A stretch of DNA of 38,034 nucleotides. It comes from Chloroflexota bacterium. GTDB taxonomy: Bacteria; Chloroflexota; Dehalococcoidia; Lucifugimonadales; UBA3495. The stretch covers positions 1-38,034 of the forward strand of contig JAQBVF010000032.1 in NCBI GenBank assembly GCA_027623675.1. Direction: 5' to 3'. Below the pieces are notes generated by a model. It worked only from the letters and a program-made list of their open reading frames with translations, did not search any database and was not told the DNA's origin. How positions within the stretch are numbered: position 1 is the stretch's first letter; each line of letters opens with the position of its first letter. This document shows, piece by piece, positions 18,603 to 26,755 of the stretch. Made by a program: the position numbers and the translations under genes.

Positions 18603-18647
18603 ACCGGTGATGAAAGTTGACCGCTCACATCACCGGTCATTATAACA
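18603..18647 (-). promoter_or_regulatory. Extended -10 promoter with adjacent 10-bp inverted repeat, pointing at the allo-tRNA
   Basis: Minus strand TG-T-TATAAT (18647-18639). Inverted repeat accggtgatg (18603-18612) / catcaccggt (18628-18637). Confidence 0.55.
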
Positions 18648-18696
18648 TGACAGTACCTAAGCGGTCCCCCGATAATCGGGAGCGAGGGGGGTAATA

Positions 18697-18849
18697 ATGG
18701 CTAAACCGATTACAGAAAATCCAGTTCTTCGCGGAAAGGCGGCTAAAAAGTTCAAAGAGATGTTTCTCTTAAATACAAAGCCTGATCCGGAAAAAATCAA
18801 ACGTCACAAGGAAGATGTGGAAGTCTTTAGGCAATCTACGGATAGATAG
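18697..18849 (+). CDS. 50-aa small protein, candidate antitoxin of the neighbouring GNAT (absent from the ORF track)
   Basis: GAGGGGGG RBS, then ATG...TAG encoding MAKPITENPVLRGKAAKKFKEMFLLNTKPDPEKIKRHKEDVEVFRQSTDR. Confidence 0.7.
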   Translation: MAKPITENPVLRGKAAKKFKEMFLLNTKPDPEKIKRHKEDVEVFRQSTDR

Positions 18850-18877
18850 ACTAGAATCCACGACTCTCATATGCCCA

Positions 18878-18918
18878 ACATGAAAGAGGGGAGCTATATT
18901 AGCTCCCCTCTTTCATGT
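18878..18918. terminator. Bidirectional terminator-like 19-bp perfect hairpin between the convergent 50-aa ORF and GNAT
   Basis: acatgaaagaggggagcta-tat-tagctcccctctttcatgt. Overlaps the GNAT stop codon. Confidence 0.75.
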
Positions 18919-19431
18919 CTCTGGATATAAATCATAAACCATGAACAAGTGTGTCCCTCCCCCGCCTGGGGGAAAGTTAATAAAACCTTGTGATTCCCAG
19001 AAATCGCGTCCAGGTTTATTATTACGTTCAACGTGAAGTGTTAAGAATTTAACCCCGATTTCGCTTTCGATTGCAGCACCACGAATCCAAGAAAGCATAA
19101 ATTTCCCAATGCCTTGGCGCTGGCTCTGCTCATCAACTCCAAATTGCGCTATCAATACACAAGGTACGTAAGAACGCGTTATTTGTCCTAATCCAAAGCG
19201 GCTTTTCCATGAAGATTCTTCCATTTTGATATTAGACGCGACTAAGGAAGTAAAACCCGCTATCTGCACACCAGAGTGGCATGTCCAAGTCACATTCAAC
19301 CCTAATTCTTGCTGTGCGAATGCATCCTCTTTTAGGAAATCGGAAACATCTTTTTCCCATTCCAAAGAACCGCAACTAAAATTACTCAGATCATGGGAAT
19401 GGGACAGCCGTGTCATCTTAAACAATGACAC
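18913..19431 (-). CDS. GNAT N-acetyltransferase resembling TacT/AtaT-type aminoacyl-tRNA-acetylating toxins
   Basis: HDLSNFSCG...DFLKEDA N-terminus, VPCVLIAQFGVD, acetyl-CoA motif QRQGIG, and LTLHV...FWESQGF. Confidence 0.8.
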   Translation of the reverse strand: MSLFKMTRLSHSHDLSNFSCGSLEWEKDVSDFLKEDAFAQQELGLNVTWTCHSGVQIAGFTSLVASNIKMEESSWKSRFGLGQITRSYVPCVLIAQFGVDEQSQRQGIGKFMLSWIRGAAIESEIGVKFLTLHVERNNKPGRDFWESQGFINFPPGGGGTHLFMVYDLYPET

Positions 19432-19483
19432 GTTACAAGCCCCAAACTCTTTATGTGCTCAGATGGAAGCATTGCAGGGTAAG

Positions 19484-19714
19484 TTACGGTCTATTAGCCC
19501 ACCTAGCTTGTGCAGCCTTTCTAGCCGATGCGCTCCGTTCTTCTGGCGTCATCTTAGCCGCCCTGGCCTTCCCGCCCTTCAACCCGCCTTTCTTACCGCG
19601 TTCTGCCGCGCTGGCGTTCTTGCTCGTGTCAGGTGCCGGTTCGCCGGTAGCTTCCTCGGTAATGAAAGCGGCTAGAGCGTTTACGTCTTTGGGTGGCTTC
19701 TTCTGTTTAGGCAT
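19484..19714 (-). CDS. 76-aa basic small protein with KGG-like motif (histone-H1-like, putative nucleic-acid binding)
   Basis: ERGKKGGLKGGKARAAKMTPEERSASARKAAQARW. Preceded on the minus strand by TTGACA-18 nt-AATAAT-aaggt-ATG. Confidence 0.8.
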   Translation of the reverse strand: MPKQKKPPKDVNALAAFITEEATGEPAPDTSKNASAAERGKKGGLKGGKARAAKMTPEERSASARKAAQARWANRP

Positions 19715-19761
19715 ACCTTATTATTTGCTCACGCATCCGGTGCTGTCAATTAGCTTCGGAC

Positions 19762-19787
19762 TCAAATTGACCCACTACCCGGTATTG
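19762..19787 (+). repeat. Right terminal inverted repeat plus right target-site duplication
   Basis: tcaaattgacccactacc + cggtattg. Confidence 0.92.
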
Positions 19788-19854
19788 GGTTGACTTGCAC
19801 GAGTTATACGCTAAACTATGAATAGCCAAATTCAGGACTACTCGGAGGAGCCAA

Positions 19855-20139
19855 ATGGAAGGAAAGTTTCAGATTGAAATTACCTACTGCGTAAGTTGAC
19901 AGCATCACGCTGTCGCCACGTGGATGGCGAATGAATTTTTCCGGCACTATGGCAAGGACGCCGCTATCGCGATTTCCCCTCGCGGCCAGGGCATCATGGA
20001 AGTGTTCTTCAATGGTGAGCGGATATTCGACAAGAAGGGCGAAGGCAACATCTATCCCGACCTCAAGCGGGTCCGGGAGATGCGCCAGGTCATCGATGCC
20101 AAGATTGAGGCTCTCGAGCCCGCTCCGGCCGACGACTAG
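19855..20139 (+). CDS. Rdx-family (SelT/SelW/SelH-like) selenoprotein, 94 aa, with in-frame UGA
   Basis: GGAGGAG RBS, then MEGKFQIEITYCVS-UGA(19897-19899)-QHHAVATWMANEF...GIMEVFFNGERIFDKK...YPD. This gives a CxxU motif with a downstream hairpin. Confidence 0.88.
19898..19930 (+). promoter_or_regulatory. Candidate bacterial SECIS element
   Basis: Hairpins directly 3' of the UGA: gacagc-atcac-gctgtc and tcgcca-cgtgga-tggcga. Confidence 0.5.
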
Positions 20140-20164
20140 ACCTTCTACCTCACAGTAGTGAACA

Positions 20165-20202
20165 AAAAAAGGCCCTCCCAACCGGGAGGGCCTTTTTTAT
20201 TT
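20165..20202. terminator. Bidirectional intrinsic terminator
   Basis: aaaaaaggccctccc-aacc-gggagggccttttttattt between convergent genes. Confidence 0.85.
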
Positions 20203-20231
20203 GGTCTGATTCGGTTGACGCGGCAGCGGTT

Positions 20232-20849
20232 CTAGAGAATCGCTTCCACCTTGGCCCATATCTCCCGGCCAAGCTGTTCGGGCGGTCGTTGGCCGTCTAG
20301 GACTAGCCAACCTTCTGGGTCCGTGGCGGCAAGGGCGCTATACCCCCGGCGCACCCTGCGGTGAAAGTCCGCTGGAGCGTCGTCGAAGTTATCGCCTTTC
20401 CCGCCGCTCTCACCGCCGGTCTTGCGGGCCAGGGCTGTCTCCACTGGAACGTCTAGCAGCACGGTCAGGTCCGGTTCCAGTCCTCCGGTGGCTTCCCGGT
20501 TCAGCCGCTCGATCAACTCCCGGTCCAAGCCCCGTCCGTAGCCCTGGTAGGCCACCGTGGAACTGGTGAACCTGTCGGCAATCACTACTCCGCCCTGTTG
20601 TAAGAAAGGCCGTATCACCTGCTCCACCAACTGGGCGCGGGCAGCTTCAAACAGCATCAATTCGCTGATTGGAGTCATGGGGTCGCCGGACTTGAGTAAG
20701 CTCCGCAGAGCCTGGCCAAGTGGGGTGCCGCCGGGTTCGCGGGTGTGCAAGGCCTGGATGCCGCGACGGCGCATCCGGCGCAACAGAGAACGGGCTTGGG
20801 TGCTCTTGCCCGACCCATCGCCGCCTTCAAAGACGATAAAACAGGCCAT
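20232..20849 (-). CDS. tmk: Thymidylate kinase
   Basis: FIVFEGGDGSGKSTQ, TREPGGT, ADRF and AYQGYGRG motifs. Confidence 0.95.
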   Translation of the reverse strand: MACFIVFEGGDGSGKSTQARSLLRRMRRRGIQALHTREPGGTPLGQALRSLLKSGDPMTPISELMLFEAARAQLVEQVIRPFLQQGGVVIADRFTSSTVAYQGYGRGLDRELIERLNREATGGLEPDLTVLLDVPVETALARKTGGESGGKGDNFDDAPADFHRRVRRGYSALAATDPEGWLVLDGQRPPEQLGREIWAKVEAIL

Positions 20850-20890
20850 CTTACCCAGCCGCCATTATCGCGCCAGCCAAGTTGAGACGC

Positions 20891-22660
20891 TTAGACCCGG
20901 TAGAACATGACGGCGCGTTCCGGCTCCCGGCCTTGGCTGACCGACGCCACGTTGTAGCGCTGGCCCAATAGGTGCTGCAGTCTGCGAATATAAGAGCGCT
21001 GCGGCGCCAGGTGAACCGTCTGCTCGCCGGCCAGCACCAGATTGGCTGCCTCCTCCGCTTCGTCCATCGCCTTGTCCATCACTGGAGATCTGCCGGTGTA
21101 GTGCTGGCCTTCGTCGTCGCCATGGATGCCCGACATCCCACCGTGGCCGTTTCGGTCACCGCGGTGCCAGTCCTTGATCACCGTGTTCAGGAATTCCTGC
21201 AACTGGGGCATGGTGTTCTTGCGCAGGACGCACACCGGAGTGCCGCTGGACTCGGCGATGCGCACCAGCTGTGACCCTCGGCGGTAGTGGGTCTTGGTGG
21301 TCAGGACCAGGTCGGCCCGGCGCAGCTCATTGACGATCTGCAGTACCGTGCCAGACTCGGCGGCGGCAGCCTCCAGTTTGTCGCGGCCCACGCCGAACAG
21401 AAATACCCGGACCTCCGACTCTTTGGACCTGGCCTCTGGTGCCGTGGGCACCAGAGGCGCTGCCACCGGGGCCATCTGGCCCTGTGGCAGGCGGCCTTGG
21501 GGCGCTCTCCCCTGGTTATTTGGGCTGCCGGGCCGCCCCTGCTGGCGCTGGCCGTCGGGCTGCCAGAACCCTGGCTTGGCTTCGCTGACCCGGACCTGCT
21601 CTTGGCTGTGCTTTACTTCGCCGTCCTCGCCCAGCCAGCGGACCTCCGGCGCGATGGGGTAGCCCCGCAGCCATTGGTCCACCACCTGGTCCACGTTTTC
21701 GTGAACCGCCAGGCGGTCCCAACCTTGAATCTCGACCACAACGTCGAAGGTGGGCGGCGCCTTGCGCTCTAGCACGCTTTTCTGGGTGCCTCGGTAACGC
21801 GCTTCCTGGTCGCCCAGGGTAACGGTCTGGATGCCGCCGACCAGGTCGGACAGCGTCGGGTTCATGATCAGGTTGTCCAGGGTGTTGCCGTGAGCGGTGG
21901 CGATCAACTGCACACCGCGCTCGGCGATGGTCCGTGCCGCGGAGGCTTCTTGCTCGGTGCCCATCTCATCAATGACGATGGTCTCGGGCATATGGTTCTC
22001 CACCGCTTCAATCATGATCCCGTGCTGGCGGGAAGGGGTGGGCACTTGCATGCGCCGGGAGCGTCCGATGGCTGGGTGGGGCACGTCACCGTCGCCGGCG
22101 ATCTCGTTGGAGGTGTCGACGATGATTACCCTCTTGTTGGCCTCAGAAGACAGGACCCGCGCCATCTCCCGCAGCATGGTGGTCTTCCCCACGCCGGGAC
22201 GGCCCAACAGCAGGATGTTCCTGCCGGAGAAGGCCAGGTCTTCGATGATCTTGATGGTCCCGAAGACAGCCCGCCCCACGCGGCAGGTGATGCCGACGAC
22301 CTGTCCCCGGCGGTTGCGGATGGCCGATATCCGGTGAAGGGTCCCCTCGATGCCGGCGCGGTTGTCGTCCCCGAATTCGCCGATCCGTTCAATCACATTC
22401 TCCAGGTCTTCAGTGGTGACTGGGTTCTCGTCCAACTCGGCGTCCCCAGACACGAACCGTGCCTCGGGGAGACGCCCCAGGTCCAGCACGATCTCAAGCA
22501 GTTGGTCCAGGTCATCCCGATGCTTCAGGACTTCCGCAACGCCAGGGGGGACCACAGCCAAGATCAACTCCAGTTCTTCCTGGTCTCTCGCCAAATCCCT
22601 GTTCTCGTCCCGCTCCGGACCTGCGCCTTGACGTTCCTCTTGCGCCGTTGCCAATATCAC
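20891..22660 (-). CDS. SpoIIIAA/Ycf45-like AAA ATPase with C-terminal R3H domain
   Basis: GRPGVGKTTMLRE, DTSNEIAGDGD, EAVENHMPETIVIDE motifs, and R3H motif RSYIRRLQH...GREPER. Confidence 0.9.
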   Translation of the reverse strand: MILATAQEERQGAGPERDENRDLARDQEELELILAVVPPGVAEVLKHRDDLDQLLEIVLDLGRLPEARFVSGDAELDENPVTTEDLENVIERIGEFGDDNRAGIEGTLHRISAIRNRRGQVVGITCRVGRAVFGTIKIIEDLAFSGRNILLLGRPGVGKTTMLREMARVLSSEANKRVIIVDTSNEIAGDGDVPHPAIGRSRRMQVPTPSRQHGIMIEAVENHMPETIVIDEMGTEQEASAARTIAERGVQLIATAHGNTLDNLIMNPTLSDLVGGIQTVTLGDQEARYRGTQKSVLERKAPPTFDVVVEIQGWDRLAVHENVDQVVDQWLRGYPIAPEVRWLGEDGEVKHSQEQVRVSEAKPGFWQPDGQRQQGRPGSPNNQGRAPQGRLPQGQMAPVAAPLVPTAPEARSKESEVRVFLFGVGRDKLEAAAAESGTVLQIVNELRRADLVLTTKTHYRRGSQLVRIAESSGTPVCVLRKNTMPQLQEFLNTVIKDWHRGDRNGHGGMSGIHGDDEGQHYTGRSPVMDKAMDEAEEAANLVLAGEQTVHLAPQRSYIRRLQHLLGQRYNVASVSQGREPERAVMFYRV

Positions 22661-23610
22661 GCCTCCACATAGGAAAGTCCGCGATTTCTAACCGGTACCG
22701 CAACCGTCTTTATTAACATAATATAACGTCCTGCTTCCCTCAGGTCTCGCCGCCGCAGCAATTCCGCCGCATTTTCCTGATAACTGGGCATCAGCCAATT
22801 GGGCGTGTCGCAGGACATCTGGACCAGGTTGGGCATCACGCCGGGGTGATCGGGGTGGGCCAGCATCTGCCCCGCGGCCGCCGATCCGAAAAGTTCGCGC
22901 ATCCGCCATCCAACAACTTTGCCGTTGTGTTTCAGGACCGTTTCGCGTCGATGGGGTTGAGGTTGCTCCCGGGAATCCCGCCATTGCTCAAAGGTCACCC
23001 CGGTCCCGTCGCGCACCCGATGTGGGGTTGCGGCGCAGTATAGCTGGAAGAGACCGTGGCTGTCGGGAGCGGTCCGGTCCTCACAGTTGAACATTTCCAA
23101 GGGCTTTTCCATATGACTGCTTAAGTTCGGCTCTGCTTTCGGGGTTTCGGCCGGAACATCCGTCCATTCATGCCGGGTCCACTCCAACCCCGTCAGGTGA
23201 ATCTCCTCGTAATAGGGGAAGAACCCAGCCTGCCGGGCCAAGTCCAGGACCGGGCTATCTTCGGTCACCCGCAGGAACACCCTTTCCGCGCCGCGGTGTC
23301 CGGCGCACGCAACAACCTGTTCCAGTAGCTCCAACGCTTGTTCCGGGTCCTGGAGATGTAGGCGGTCGACCTCCCAGGCACGGACGCCGCTGCGGACCCT
23401 GGCCGACGCCAGACCGGCAAGCTCCATGCCATTCCAATCACCAACCGTGACCCGGTTCGTACTGCGGGCCAAGGTCTCCCTCCAGAAAGTGGAGTTGCGC
23501 AACGGGCGGCAGCGCACCACAGACTCGGTCGGCGCTGCTAGATTGGCCCCACCGGGAGCATTAACCAGCAGGCAGCGGAGGGCGTCGCTGATGCGGAATG
23601 AGGTGATCAT
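22657..23610 (-). CDS. Hypothetical protein, possibly a degenerate tandem GNAT-like fold
   Basis: ATG overlaps the pdxT stop and the stop overlaps the ATPase start. Contains GAERVFLRV...ARQAGF, resembling GNAT motif B. Confidence 0.6.
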   Translation of the reverse strand: MITSFRISDALRCLLVNAPGGANLAAPTESVVRCRPLRNSTFWRETLARSTNRVTVGDWNGMELAGLASARVRSGVRAWEVDRLHLQDPEQALELLEQVVACAGHRGAERVFLRVTEDSPVLDLARQAGFFPYYEEIHLTGLEWTRHEWTDVPAETPKAEPNLSSHMEKPLEMFNCEDRTAPDSHGLFQLYCAATPHRVRDGTGVTFEQWRDSREQPQPHRRETVLKHNGKVVGWRMRELFGSAAAGQMLAHPDHPGVMPNLVQMSCDTPNWLMPSYQENAAELLRRRDLREAGRYIMLIKTVAVPVRNRGLSYVEA

Positions 23611-24206
23611 ACGGAGCCGTTCCGCGATGAACATGATTTACCGGCGAGGTCCAGGAAGAACCTGTGGAACCGGTGGTCGTTGGTCAACTCTGGGTGGAAG
23701 GACGTTGCCATCAGGTTGCCCTGCTGCACCGCAACCGGGCGCGCCTCGTCGAGAGCGCACAGCACCTTTACACCCTCGCCGACACGGATGATGAGCGGCG
23801 CGCGGATGAAGATGGCGTGGAACGGGTCGGGCCCCAGCGCTTGGATTTCCAGTGACTGCTCAAAGCTGTCCACCTGGCGGCCAAAGGCATTGCGCTGGAC
23901 GCCGATGTCCATGATCCCCAGCGGGACTGGATCTTCCTCGGTGATCTCGTTGGCCAGCATTATCATCCCGGCGCAGGTGCCCCAGATCGACCGGCCTTCT
24001 TTGGCCATCTGCTGCAGGGGTTCTCTGAAGTTATAGAGGCTCATTAGGCGGCTAAGCGTGGTGCTTTCGCCTCCGGGGATGATCAGGCCATCCACCATCT
24101 CGAGTTGGTGAGGCAGCCTGATCTCTTTGGCTTTCACTCCCAGTTTGCCGAGGACGGCTATATGTTCAGCGAAATCGCCTTGTACCGCTAAGACGCCTAC
24201 TTCCAA
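23607..24206 (-). CDS. pdxT: Pyridoxal 5'-phosphate synthase glutaminase subunit
   Basis: GVLAVQG, PGGESTT, GTCAGMI, RNAFGRQVDSFE, FIRAP and FHPE motifs. Confidence 0.96.
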   Translation of the reverse strand: MEVGVLAVQGDFAEHIAVLGKLGVKAKEIRLPHQLEMVDGLIIPGGESTTLSRLMSLYNFREPLQQMAKEGRSIWGTCAGMIMLANEITEEDPVPLGIMDIGVQRNAFGRQVDSFEQSLEIQALGPDPFHAIFIRAPLIIRVGEGVKVLCALDEARPVAVQQGNLMATSFHPELTNDHRFHRFFLDLAGKSCSSRNGSV

Positions 24207-24284
24207 CTCTGCCTGCTGACCGCTTTTCTTAGGATAACCAGGGCATCCGGGCCGTAAATGGACTGTCAGAGAACCTTGACGGCC

Positions 24285-25175
24285 CTATTTGCTCCGTGAG
24301 GCAAGCAATTCGTTATCGGGAATCGACTTGGCGCTGATTCCGACCATGGGCTCGCCCAGGTTCTTGGAGACCTCAGCCAGGATCGCGGCGTCCTGGTAAT
24401 GGGTCACCGACTGGACGATGGCATGGGCGCGGCTGGCCGGGTCGCCGGACTTGAAGATGCCCGAGCCGACAAACACGCCGTCGGCGCCCAGTTGCATCAT
24501 CAAAGCGGCGTCTGCCGGGGTGGCCACGCCGCCGGCGGCGAAGTTGACCACGGGCATGCGGCCTAATTCTCTGGTCTTGATCAGTAGGTCCAGGCTGACC
24601 TGCATGTCCCTGGCCTCGACCACAAGTTCGTCGTCGGGCATGTTCTGCAGCTTCCGGATGGCATCCTGCACGGTGCGCATGTGGCGAACGGCCTCGACAA
24701 CGTCGCCGGTGCCAGCCTCGCCCTTGGTGCGAATCATGGCCGCGCCCTCAGAGATGCGGCGCAACGCCTCGCCCAGGTTGCGGCAGCCGCAGACGAAGGG
24801 GACCTTAAAGTCGTGCTTCCAGATGTGGTGCGTTTCGTCGGCCGGAGTTAGCACCTCGGACTCGTCGATATAGTCGATCCCCAGGTGTTCCAGGATCTGG
24901 GCCTCAACGAAGTGACCGATACGGACCTTGGCCATCACCGGGATACTGACCACATCCATGATGTCGCAGATGATGGCCGGGTCGGTCATGCGGGCCACGC
25001 CGCCGTCGGCACGGATATCGGCAGGCACACGCTCCAGGGCCATCACGGCCACTGCGCCGGCCTCTTCAGCTATCTTGGCTTGCTCGGCGTTCACCACGTC
25101 CATGATAACGCCGCCTTTGAGCATCTGAGCGTGACCGGCCTTAACCGTAAATGTCCCTGTTAGCACCTCGACCAT
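24285..25175 (-). CDS. pdxS: Pyridoxal 5'-phosphate synthase lyase subunit
   Basis: [29 protein letters not shown] and [16 protein letters not shown] motifs. Confidence 0.97.
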   Translation of the reverse strand: MVEVLTGTFTVKAGHAQMLKGGVIMDVVNAEQAKIAEEAGAVAVMALERVPADIRADGGVARMTDPAIICDIMDVVSIPVMAKVRIGHFVEAQILEHLGIDYIDESEVLTPADETHHIWKHDFKVPFVCGCRNLGEALRRISEGAAMIRTKGEAGTGDVVEAVRHMRTVQDAIRKLQNMPDDELVVEARDMQVSLDLLIKTRELGRMPVVNFAAGGVATPADAALMMQLGADGVFVGSGIFKSGDPASRAHAIVQSVTHYQDAAILAEVSKNLGEPMVGISAKSIPDNELLASRSK

Positions 25176-25492
25176 GTCTGCTGACCTCCGGTTTATGCTT
25201 CGTTAGTTATCCGCGCTGGTTATTTGCGCAACCTGGCGACGGGCGAATCCTTGGCTGTTTAACCCAGTGGGACCAGCTTGGAATCAGCCTCAGCCGCGAC
25301 TGTATTATACGCTCCAGGCTAGTCGGTTATCAATCGGCTCTAACTAGGCGGTCACAGACTTGGCGCAGGCGTGGATATCACCCTGACGGAGTCTGATGTT
25401 TCCGGCATGCTTCACCACGAGATTCAGCGAAGTTTCGCGGGTTTCGCACTCGGCTTCAAGACCGGACAGAGGCCGGGCTTTGAATTTCGTTC

Positions 25493-25522
25493 TTGACAGC
25501 CTACGGGCATAGATTTGATAAT
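25493..25522 (+). promoter_or_regulatory. Promoter of tRNA-Phe
   Basis: TTGACA-18 nt-GATAAT, 10 nt before the tRNA. Confidence 0.6.
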
Positions 25523-25532
25523 AGTCCCTACT

Positions 25533-25608
25533 GCCGAGGTAGCTCAGGTGGTAGAGCACGGCACTGAAAATGCCGGTGTCGACAGTTCGAGTCTGTCCCT
25601 CGGCACCA
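25533..25608 (+). tRNA. tRNA-Phe (GAA)
   Basis: Canonical cloverleaf, anticodon arm cggca-ctGAAaa-tgccg, TTCGA T-loop, CCA end. Confidence 0.97.
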
Positions 25609-25876
25609 CCTACCTCTCCAAGATTCCCTTTTTAATCAGCCCGGCTTGCCGTTATCGTCGCGGCGTTGATCGGCGTGTCGTCCCCATCGGCATCCACCCG
25701 CAACAGAAACCCCCATTCGCCCCTGTTCCGGTCGGGCTTCTAAAAGATCACGGCAATCACGGTCGCCGTCGCGGCTGCCGAACCGATTCAGATTGGCGAT
25801 CTATCTGCTAGAGCGATCGTGCCCGTTTCGCTATAATTGGTCATATCTTGCGGCAAAACGGACACAGGATGGACTT

Positions 25877-26755
25877 ATGCGGACACGCCAGATCAGGCGG
25901 AAGAAAGACCGAAAACCCCGGAACTGGCACAGCGACGCCGCCATCGAAGATGTTTTGATCGCCTTGGCCGAGGACGGTCACCATTACTCGGCGGCCCAGG
26001 TCCACCGGCAATTGGTCGAACGGTTTCCCAACCTGAATGTGCCGGATGTGCGCACCATCCGCCGGCATGTTGACGAGGTACGGGCCGACATTAACGACGA
26101 CGATGCCTCCGAATGGCACGCCGAGGACGAGGCGGATTTCTCCGAGGCCCGAGCCATACTGGATGTTTGGGGGGCCATGCTGGCGCGGCGGGTCCGTTCC
26201 AGTGACAACCGGTCCATCGCCGTGCTGACCAACCTGGAAGCAGACTGGATCATCTATGCCACTCAATTGGCGCCAGGGCTGAAACCCTACGCCACGGGGC
26301 TGCTCTCCAGGCTGTTGATGGTCCGCTATCTGGCGGGCCGCGATTACCAGCCATTGGACATCCTTCTCGCGATGGCTCCCTGGAAGAGCGTCGAGGCGCA
26401 TGCAGCCTATATCGACGCCTTGGAGGCGGGCCGACTCCCCAGGATCCAATTCGCTGAAGGGCTGCTCTACGAGATCGAGAACAACCTGGCCGCCGAGGCT
26501 AAGGCTAAGGCTAAGGCTGCGGTCCCCACGCAAGTGGCGGCCACCGTGCCAACAGCCACGGCGGCGCCCATGGACTGGTCGGAAGAAGAACCTCTGGAGA
26601 CGGTCGCCGGCCTGCTGGAGGTGGTCGAGAAACTTCTGAACCAAGCGCCGGTGAGCGGTCCTGCGACTCCCACGGCGCCCGATGGGCCGATGTTGAATCA
26701 GCAGCCTGGCCGATCGCCGGGCTCCCAACCAGCCTACTTGCCGGAGGTCGACTAA
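25877..26755 (+). CDS. Hypothetical protein, possible N-terminal HTH
   Basis: TATAAT at 25832 and GGA upstream. Basic N-terminus, SAAQVHRQL...VPDVRTIRRHV pattern, low-complexity Ala/Pro tail. Confidence 0.6.
   Translation: MRTRQIRRKKDRKPRNWHSDAAIEDVLIALAEDGHHYSAAQVHRQLVERFPNLNVPDVRTIRRHVDEVRADINDDDASEWHAEDEADFSEARAILDVWGAMLARRVRSSDNRSIAVLTNLEADWIIYATQLAPGLKPYATGLLSRLLMVRYLAGRDYQPLDILLAMAPWKSVEAHAAYIDALEAGRLPRIQFAEGLLYEIENNLAAEAKAKAKAAVPTQVAATVPTATAAPMDWSEEEPLETVAGLLEVVEKLLNQAPVSGPATPTAPDGPMLNQQPGRSPGSQPAYLPEVD

Larger units (their letters stand above)
16725..19779. mobile_element. IS1-family insertion sequence carrying passenger genes (transporter IS), 3,055 bp
   Basis: Perfect 18-bp TIRs GGTAGTGGGTCAATTTGA (16725-16742 and reverse complement at 19762-19779). 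Flanking 8-bp direct repeat CGGTATTG (16717-16724 and 19780-19787). Internal DDE transposase. Visibly AT-richer than the flanks. Confidence 0.93.

Noticed and set aside
19816..20181. 121-aa minus-strand ORF over the Rdx gene
   Set aside because: Shadow ORF. The plus strand has the RBS, family motifs and terminator.
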